A stretch of 64,000 nt of DNA from Octopus sinensis (Eukaryota), in contig NC_043012.1 of assembly GCF_006345805.1 (NCBI RefSeq), positions 50,778,001-50,842,000 on the forward strand. The letters are read 5' to 3'. Positions 55,047 to 64,000 of the stretch are shown here, one piece after another (the first letter of the stretch is position 1; each line of letters begins with the position of its first letter). The position numbers and the translations under genes were made by a program. The notes beneath the pieces were generated by a model. That model did not search any database and had not been told where the DNA came from. It worked only from the letters and a program-made list of their open reading frames with translations.

Positions 55047-55491
55047 GATAGTGATGGCAATGGAGTTGGTGGGTGTCTATATGCGTTGAGTTTAGAGCAT
55101 AAACTGACAATTAACAAAATATTTTTCACAACTAGGAAGACAGACAGTTATGTGGGAATGCCTGAGTGGAGTTGGCTCCTGGCCAGGCAGAGCTGAGGAG
55201 CACAAGATTTTCTAGTAGTCGTAAAACTTGAGTGTGCTGGAATGCGACATCATGCGAATGATGCTCAGATTGTTGATATGCATTTAAGGATGTCAAAATG
55301 CAGAGAAGCCAAAAGAATTACATTCATAGCATCCTTAAAGACTCTAGGTGCAGGCTGCACATATTTTAGAGGAAAGGAATTACGTTAATGCTTTGTGCAT
55401 ATGTGCAGGGATTGTGTCATACATATTCACTTTGTACATTATTTACATTATTTACATTTGACGGATATTCGGCGTCATCGTGTTTGTTGTT

Positions 55492-55537
55492 AACACAACG
55501 TTTCGGCTGATATACCCTCCAGCCTTCATCAGGTGTC
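55492..55537 (-). ncRNA. Minimal type I hammerhead ribozyme motif (predicted)
   Basis: GACAC-CUGAUGA-A-GGCUG-(gagggtatat)-CAGCC-GAAA-CGUU-GUGUU: full catalytic core, 5-bp stem II, 5-bp stem I (one G.U), palindromic loopless stem III (AACGUU). Activity untested. Confidence 0.65.
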
Positions 55538-55584
55538 TTGGGGAAATTTCGAACCTAAGTTCTCATTCCTAAGGTATTTTTCGA

Positions 55585-55585
<1 letters not shown>

Positions 55586-55623
<38 letters not shown>

Positions 55624-55635
55624 CATCATCATCAT

Positions 55636-55723
<88 letters not shown>

Positions 55724-55807
55724 AATACTACTACTACTACTACTACCGCTGCTGCTGCTACTACTACTACTAATATTATTATCATTATTATTATTATTAT
55801 TATTATT
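55586..55807. repeat. Compound in-register trinucleotide array (ATT/CAT/ACT/GCT)
   Basis: Direct reading. Confidence 0.97.
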
Positions 55808-56030
55808 GAGTGAGAGAGCAGTGCATGCCATCAAAGTGACACTGGGGTAAAATATACGAAGCCCAGTATACCCAAAATGACTACCCGTCTGATAAGGGTA
55901 TACTAGGCACATGCATCACAACCATATTTGCGCGACATGGTGATCTCATATCAAGATAAACAGCACATGACCTTGCAGGTGGGGCCCAGTTTGAATTTTC
56001 ATCTGGTCGAATAACCCATTCTACGTCCCC
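55808..56030 (+). repeat. Probable unclassified dispersed repeat
   Basis: Begins exactly at the end of the (ATT)n array; I recall it as a common octopus repeat, but there is no second copy in the window. Confidence 0.35.
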
Positions 56031-56642
56031 ACGATAAGATAGTGTCATACCATATGCTAATTAACCTAAAGCTGGGACTTTGAAAAGTGCTACTACTCCG
56101 GGTCATAGTAGGCCTGGAAACTGCAGTGGCTAAGTGATGGTTCAACCCTCTTAAAAATCCCAGTAATTCCTAAAACGGAGCTTCTGTACCGGGTTGTCAT
56201 ACAGATATGAAAATGCTATTAAAGCCGTCAGTTTTATATCTTCTCATTCACACAGTTATCTATACGATTATAAATCTCTCTAATCCATTAAAATAGTGTT
56301 TATTGGAAGATTTTGATATTTGTGACCTCCTTTTCCTTGCCTGTAAATATATATATTTCTTTCTCCTTTTCTTTCTCTTTCTTGTCTCTCTGTCCTTCGC
56401 ACACTTCCACTTCACTCTGTCCTCCCCTTCCTCTTTTCTCTTTCTTATTTTCCAAATAAAACAAAACAACGTCCTCTTTTCCATTTCTATGAAAGGCTAA
56501 AGTAACTTTCTTTGCATCATATCTCAAGAGTTTGATTGAACGGACGAAAGCGCTGATAAAGAATTATCCAAAATTTTCACTGCCTCTTTAATCTTCATAT
56601 ATACATTTATATATGAAGATTTATCTTCATACATACATTTGT

Positions 56643-57050
56643 AAAGGCGGCGAGCGGACAGAATCCTTAACGCGTCGAGCGAAATGCTTTCGTCTGCCGC
56701 TACGTTCTGAATCCAAATTCTGCCGAGTTCGACTTTGCCTTTCATCATTACGGGGTCGATTAAATAAGTACCAGCTACGCACTGGGGTCGACATAATCGA
56801 CTTAATCCGTTTGTCTGTCCTTGTTTGTTCCCTCAGTGTTTAGCCCCTTGTGGGTAGTAAAAAAATAGGTATTTTGTTTGCCGTTACGTTCTGAGTTCAA
56901 ATTCCGCTGAGGTCGACTTTGCTGTCATCCTTTCGGCGTCGATTAAATAAGTGCCAGTTACGCACTGGGGCTGATGTAATCGACTTCCTCCCTTTGTCTG
57001 TCCTTGTTTGCCCCCTCTATGTTTAGCCCCCTCTGGGCAATAAAGAAATA
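56643..57050 (+). mobile_element. SINE family A (tail type i): one head plus two tandem 184-bp modules
   Basis: tacgttctg at 56701 and 56885; head aaaggcggcgagcggacagaatcc. Confidence 0.92.
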
Positions 57051-58899
57051 TATATATATATATATCATCTGATCCAATCAATACAAACATGTACACACAC
57101 ATATAAATTAATTAAGCAAACAAATTTGCATATACCTATACACACATATACTGCCCATATACTCTCATATTTATAACAGTAATGTATAAGTAAGTTTGTG
57201 AGCGAAGTCACCTTTATCGAATGTTTTCTTGATCTCATTTGATAATTCTTTTCGTGATTTGAAAATAAAAGTGCTACTCAAGATTAGTACACGGATCTTG
57301 TTATATGAATTAAAACATCTTTTTTAGCATGCCTATCTCCAAATTGAGGTTATAAAATGACTGCGAATAACCAAATTATTGACCAATGCGACGTCATCGT
57401 TATTGTTCTCGAAATATAAATGATGTTTCTCACAAGTAATGTCTTCCAAGTGGGGAAAATTATATGAACAATGCCGACAGCATTTCGCAGAACGACTTTC
57501 AAATATACAATATTATATAGGCATTGCTGCAAAATTGTTTTGCTTTAAATCTAGGAAATTTGCGAGGTGATGGGCCTTCCAAAACTTTATAATATCTTAA
57601 CTGAATTATTACCCAAAGCGTTTATATTAATAATGACATTGAGCTGGAAAAATTTGCAATGGGATTATGTCACGTCTGATTTGGTAACGTTTTAAACTTT
57701 ATCATTCACGCGTTTATCGACATCATACTGAAACTCTCTACAAACATGTAAAAGAATTTTTTGACGCAATCTGGGGTTTGCGACAACTTTCCGCTTGCAG
57801 ATTTTGAGGAATAACGGCACTAAATTTAGTTAAACACTCTATTTTTCATATGTAGATTGAATGATGTAGTTAATATCATTGCTTCACTTATATTTCATAC
57901 AATGTATTGACCGATAAGTAAAGGCACATATATTTATGCGCACATAACTACACATTTAATAGTATATACATATAACAGTTTACATATTGAGTATTTGTAT
58001 GTATGTATGTATGTATGAATCTATTTATTCAACCATATATATATGTGCACATATACATAGAGGAATATATAAATATAGCTATATTTACCTAATTAACTTA
58101 ACTTCTCTGCAATTAAGAAAATTATACAATTAAGGAAAATGTATTAGTTCAATTATTAAATTACATACAAACACTCTCCCACACACTCAAATCTACACAT
58201 ATGTACACAATTAAGTTTGTGTGTTTGTGTGTGTGTGTGTGTGTATAAATGCATTGACATTTTAATGACTGCACTACAGCTTAAATGTAAAACATGAATC
58301 TAATTGTCTAGAATAAGGTCTCAGGAGCCTGCATTCCTTACCATATATATTGCAAACATTTACTTAACAAACAGGGATATAAAAAAAACTGGTGATTCGG
58401 GGAATTTTTTAATGTATTTTGTGCTTATTTTACACAAATTGCTTAAGGATGAACCCTATGTGAAGTTATCTGCTCACTTCAATTAGAACAATTGGTGAAA
58501 TATCCCCAAACCTCGCTCTCCCTACAGAAAATAAAACATCAAATCAGATTTATTGGTAAAGTGTAATCTGTGAGAATTAACAGTACATTTAATGTTCTTT
58601 CATGCGAAATAGAGTACTCAGTCTAGCATTAGTCATAGTTGTTAGAGGTAATGAAAGATAAATGAATGTGATAACGTGAACAAACTTTCGTCTGTCAGTG
58701 TAAATATATACATAGACACATGCACTCAGACACAGGCACCGCCAAACACAGATACACATGTATATACTTACATACACTTGGACATTTAAAATACATATGC
58801 ATAAATTCATATTCGTCTACGTATATATATGTTTGCATATGAGACAGTGTGCGTGTGTGTATGTATCAATATATATATATGTGTGTGTATATTTGTATG

Positions 58900-58929
<30 letters not shown>

Positions 58930-58993
<64 letters not shown>

Positions 58994-59005
58994 TAGATAT
59001 AGATT

Positions 59006-59038
<33 letters not shown>

Positions 59039-59080
59039 ATAGATAGACCGATAGACAGATAGATCGATAGATAGATAGAT
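58930..59080. repeat. (GATA)n array
   Basis: Direct reading. Confidence 0.97.
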
Positions 59081-60914
59081 GTGTGACAGTGTGTACAGAC
59101 ACACACACACTGTCACACACACGCACGCACACAAATATATATGTACAAACATTATATACATGCGTACGTTTTTTTTTGTATTTATAGGTTTATATATTGT
59201 CTTTCTGAGCGAAAGCATATATGTATATAATTGCATTGATTATTAATGAGGTAGAACATACATAAATGCATACATATATACATATATGTGTGTGTATGTG
59301 TTTGTGCGTGTGTGTCTGAGTGCATGTCTGTGCATTTGTGTGTGTGTGTTGTATATGAATATGTACACGTACTTTTATAAACTGATCTGTATTTACTGAT
59401 TTGTAGGCTATAGTAGATATAGTGGTGATGAGGTCAAGTAGACCGAAACTTATGTCCCTTTTCCAACAAAGATCACACTGTTCTTTCACATAACATGTAA
59501 ATGGACTCGAGAATTTTATTCTCAATTTCTTGTCATCATCGCTTTGTCTTTCTAAGAGGTGTTAAAATATCATTTGATTTTCTAACTGAGGGAAACTTCA
59601 GCTTATTAAATATTTATTACGTCGTTGTTTTTTTTCCTGTGTTATTGCAGTTGTGATTTTATTTATATAGTTGGTGCGGGTGGAGTTGACTCTGTTGTCA
59701 AAATAATTGACAGAATAGAAACCAACTATGCCTTTCAATTCTCGTGCATGTAGTACGGTTCTAGCATTCAGTTCTACCTCATGTATAGCACACGCTTTTT
59801 TATTGCCTTCTACCGAAGCTTTTTTCTGGTTCACATTCATCGATGAACGATGTTAGTGTTTGTCATTTGGCTAACATAAGTGAGTAGTACTCACATATTC
59901 GTTGGACGTCTGATCCAGTTTGAATGGCAGTCGATTGAATTTCGATGAGCTGCCTATGTTATTCCAAGTTTATTTTTATCAACTTTATACGCGCATGTAT
60001 TTATCCCTCATGTGCTGTAATCTATGATACAAATTCCACTGTGTTTTTGGTAATTAAGTATTTTACAGAGTTTCACAATATTTCTAATAGCTTTCAATCG
60101 AGGTATTATTCTTCAGATCAAGTTGGTAGGACTCTCTCGAATCTTTTTTCCTCCGTTTCACCATATTATTTTGAAACACATCTAGTTTTATGTCATTATT
60201 GAGTTTTGTATCCACCTTGCTTTACGGTTCAACTCAATGTCAACTATGCTATGGAGTACATTTGACTTACGTCGACATGCTATAGCAAAATCCTCTCTGG
60301 GTACAGAATACATGAATTCTTTACACGACTAAGGAGTTTCTAGTATTTGGGTTCGTATGCCATCCAAATCAGTGGTATTTACTTGCGTAATATCTTTGTT
60401 ATCTCTATAACGGTTGGTAGGACCTCTGCTCTTGATGTTGCTGGCAACCCATAGATATATAGTCAAAATTCCGATGTTTATGTTAGAGTAATGATCTACG
60501 CTTGTGTTGCTCTTTCAATTTTTGTTCCATTTTGTTTAGCCGGTTAAAGGTTTGCGTTGAAGAACTATTGAGGAAAGTCATTCTTATCCCTACTAGTTCT
60601 ATCGCTAAACCTTTCCTAATACATTCATTTATATTGGTGATAAACTCTTCCTTCAATGTTCCCCTATTACTTGTTCTTACCTAAACGCTATTGATTCTGA
60701 TATAAATTATCCGAGTCAGTGTGTCCTACGTTCGAAGTCTGACGATTGCCGCCGTAAACTGCATGGCGGCTTAGACTTGATTGACGATTTCGAATTACAT
60801 CGGAGAAATTTATTAAATACTGAGAAACTAAATGTAATATCGGCAATCAAGGTGTACGTTACAGGTATATAACATCAACAGCAACAACAACAACAACAAC
60901 AACAACAATCATAA

Positions 60915-61055
60915 TCATTTCTACTGGGCCTGACATTTTGGATGAAGGTGTTAGACGATTATTTCAACACAATGCTCGACTGGTACTTATTTCACTTACA
61001 TCGGCGGAATTTGAACTAGAAAAGGAAAAACAGGCGAAATGCCGTCAAAGGCATT
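60915..61055 (-). mobile_element. Degenerate SINE family A (tail type ii)
   Basis: tttctact...ctggtacttattt...cggcggaatttgaact...cgaaatgccg. Confidence 0.6.
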
Positions 61056-61649
61056 TGCTTAATTCATGATCCTGGAGAGAGCATCATGTCTGGCGGTATA
61101 CAGCTTGCATTTTATGAAACTGATTTCAAATCTGAATTCTAACGCAAATTGTACTATATTCTAAGCGCAAAACTGCCCTTGTTTTTGTTTAAAGATCGTT
61201 GTATATAAATCCACAATGTTTACATTCCTATATGACTCTCTGTTATCCTCCTTTATTCCGTTCTCCTCCATCTGCGATCATTTTTTCTCCTTTCCTCACA
61301 CAGCAACGAACTTCCCCGCCAGCGTTCTTAATTTTCTCTTGGTCTATATCGCTCCTTCTATCTCTTATTCTCTGACTCTCGGTGATATTTTTGCTGCTTT
61401 TGTTTTCCGATATAGGACTAAAAGGTTCCCTACGCTGCCTTAATCATTATTTTACGGCCATGGCGAGAGCAGCATGTATATCTGTGTACAAGTTGTATTT
61501 ATGAAACCTATTTAAATTTATATTCCAATTTAAAGTTACATTCTAACCTAAATTGGGCTATTTTTCCATCGTAAAAAGTTTTTGCTTTGTTTGAAGATCG
61601 CTATATATTTATATTAATCCCAAAACGTTTTATTTACTATATCACTATT

Positions 61650-61682
<33 letters not shown>

Positions 61683-62606
61683 AACTTTTGTTTTTCATAC
61701 CCTACGTGTAGAGTTGCCACAATAGTCGCTGATGTAGGGATATTTAGTAACATTGTGGGATAGAAAACTAGACGCGTGTAAGGGTGGGTTAAATCTGATG
61801 AGTCAACAACCACCGAGATAGTCTGTTTTTGTTTTTTTTTGTTTCTATCAGTAGTGCTTCTGATGAAGCCTTGATATACCAGAATGAATAAGAATGAAAA
61901 CCCTCAGAACAAAACGAAGGAGGGGTACGTTAACCTTGATTGACAATCTACTCGTATTACTCGTTATCGTAATTATTATGAGCGTAATACCAAATGAAAA
62001 TTAATTACTCTAAAGTTTATGAGATCCGAACCACAACTGAAATTCTCTTTCATGGAGTTTTCCCACTGAGTAGCAGGGTGGGTGAAGCAGGTACGCAAAT
62101 ACTACAAGAAAGATTAACAGATAGACTCAGAACGACAATAGAACTGTAATGGAATGCTATTATAGAATTAATCCGACAAAAGAAGGGTACAAGTATATAT
62201 AAAACATAGAGAGAAAACATACATATTCTACATCACAGATCCCGAAACGTAGCGCAGAAAAATACGTTCATCAAAAGACAGTGGTCATCTCATTTGGGAC
62301 TGGAGAAATTCTCCACAATATTGAAAGAGTTTGAACATGATTGTGCTGAGCACGAAGGAAAGGAAGCAGAACAAAAACACGGAGTAAGAAAATAAATCCT
62401 CACAAAAGAAACAGCTGCTATGATGAAGACAATTTTATTTCCTAGAACGAAAGATAGTTAATAGAAAGGAACTTACTACAACGTCTGAATAAGGCATGAA
62501 ACAGCGATGTAAGTTAGCTACCAGATGTTACATGTATCGAAAGAGGAAAACATGAGTATAGACAAAAATGCACAAACTATTAATGAAAACCTATATTGAA
62601 AATAAG

Positions 62607-62995
62607 TGTAGGAGTGGGTGTGGGGTAAGTAGCTTGCTTACCAACCACATGATTCTGGGTTCAGTCTCACTGCGTGGAATCTTGGCAAGTGTCTTCTACT
62701 ATAGCCTCGGGCCGACCAAAGCCTTGTCAGTGGATTTGGTAGAGGGAAACTGAAAGAAGCCCGTCGTATATATGTGTATATATATGCATGTTTGTGTATG
62801 TGTGTTTGTCCCCCATCATCGCTTGACAACCGATGCTGGTGTGTTTACATCCCCGTAAATTAGCCGTTCGGCAAAGGAGATTCATAGAATAAGTACTAGG
62901 CTTACAAAGAATAAGTCCTGAGATCGATTTGCTCGACTAAAGGTGGTGCACCAGCATGGCCACAGTCAAATAACTGAAACAATTAAAAACAAAAA
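62607..62995 (+). mobile_element. SINE family B, full length
   Basis: Colinear with 45713-46150. Confidence 0.9.
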
Positions 62996-63374
62996 ATAAA
63001 ACAGATCTAAATCTCCTACTATAGTGCGCAACTTTCATCATTGTGCAAATTCTTTGAGGTAAATCTAAAAGAAAACGAAGGACAAGGTCCCATGGAGAGA
63101 ACAAAAACTCGAGAACCAAACTGGACTCACGAAGAATATAGGGCGAATAAATGCAATAGCTGCCCTGAACTCTTTCTGAAATGGACGACGGTTGAGTTGC
63201 TAACAGTGCAAAACGTACACGATCTTGAAATTATAATCTACCAAGAATTGGAGGAAATGTACGAGGCGGAATATTACTAAATAGAGAAGGTACTGCCAAT
63301 GGCATCATACTGAAGAAGAAGAAGAAGATGATGATGATGATGAGATGGAAGAGAAACAAACCTGATAATATAGG

Positions 63375-63600
63375 AATGTTATTAAAAAATCATGCTGATA
63401 AATACGTAGGCACAAACACAGGCTTACAAATATGGCTACTATACACAAAACAACACAACTTGGCATCGCACACATATTACATCGGGTTCTTTCTATATTT
63501 ATGAAACAGCAAATCTAAAACAAAGCGCGGAATACGACCATAGCGCATGGTACAGAAGTCTGTACTGCAACGAAAGCTCACAATAAAATTAAGGCGAAGT
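63375..63600 (+). mobile_element. R4/Dong-like LINE extreme 3' end followed by (GAT)n(AAT)n
   Basis: IGML..HADKYVGTNTGLTNMATIHKTTQLGIAHILHRVLSI resembles the LGTAHILRKVL terminus of the copies at 9027-10475. Confidence 0.65.
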
Positions 63601-63616
63601 GATGATGATGATGATG

Positions 63617-63661
<45 letters not shown>

Positions 63662-64000
63662 GTCAACGCCTTTCCCAATGGCAATCATAATTATTTTTAA
63701 TAAGCACGTGAACCCATGCATCGGGGATTGTTATAGCCAATTAATATCGATTTCTTACATTAGTACTGCCAATTCTATTTATCTATCGATATAAGGCTGT
63801 TACTGATTTTATCTGGCTCCCAGTGTTGAAAGATAAAACTCAGCCCCCCACTTTCTCGTATTAGGTTCAAATCCATCGTCAGGATCAAGTTTATCATTTG
63901 TACATCTGGGGGTTCATAAAATTTATTAACATCAATATTACTGTAATCGATTCAGTCGTTTATTTCCCTGTGGGCTTCCGTAAATGTAAAGTCTTCTTCG

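Noticed and set aside
59650-59750. Acceptor followed by CDFIYIVGAGGV (Rossmann-like)
   Set aside because: Short match, closes at a stop, and no donor or partner exons.
61795-61880. Two CTGATGA motifs
   Set aside because: No stem II closing onto GAAA for either.

Overview
AT-rich, microsatellite-dense non-coding DNA from a eukaryote. The dispersed repeat families resemble those I recall from Octopus genomes; this is an inference, not a database result. I cannot support any intact host protein-coding gene, and almost all listed ORFs are translations of simple repeats. The window is a patchwork of mobile elements. (1) Several tRNA-headed SINE families, labelled A-D here, including 184-bp-module multimers and head/core/tail chimeras. 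(2) Non-LTR retrotransposon relics: R4/Dong-like restriction-like-endonuclease (RLE) elements embedded in (TAA)n arrays, a second RLE family, an L1/Tx1-like family, a young RTE-like 3' end with a 10-bp TSD inside a SINE, and a Penelope RT fragment. (3) DNA transposons: two decayed mariner transposase genes, a TA-flanked MITE, a GG-ended MITE with an 8-bp TSD and a telomere-like tract, and a DINE-1/Lep1-like element. The most notable functional candidate is a minimal type I hammerhead ribozyme motif at 55492-55537 (-). A repeat-poor stretch at about 37250-43800 holds weak exon candidates.
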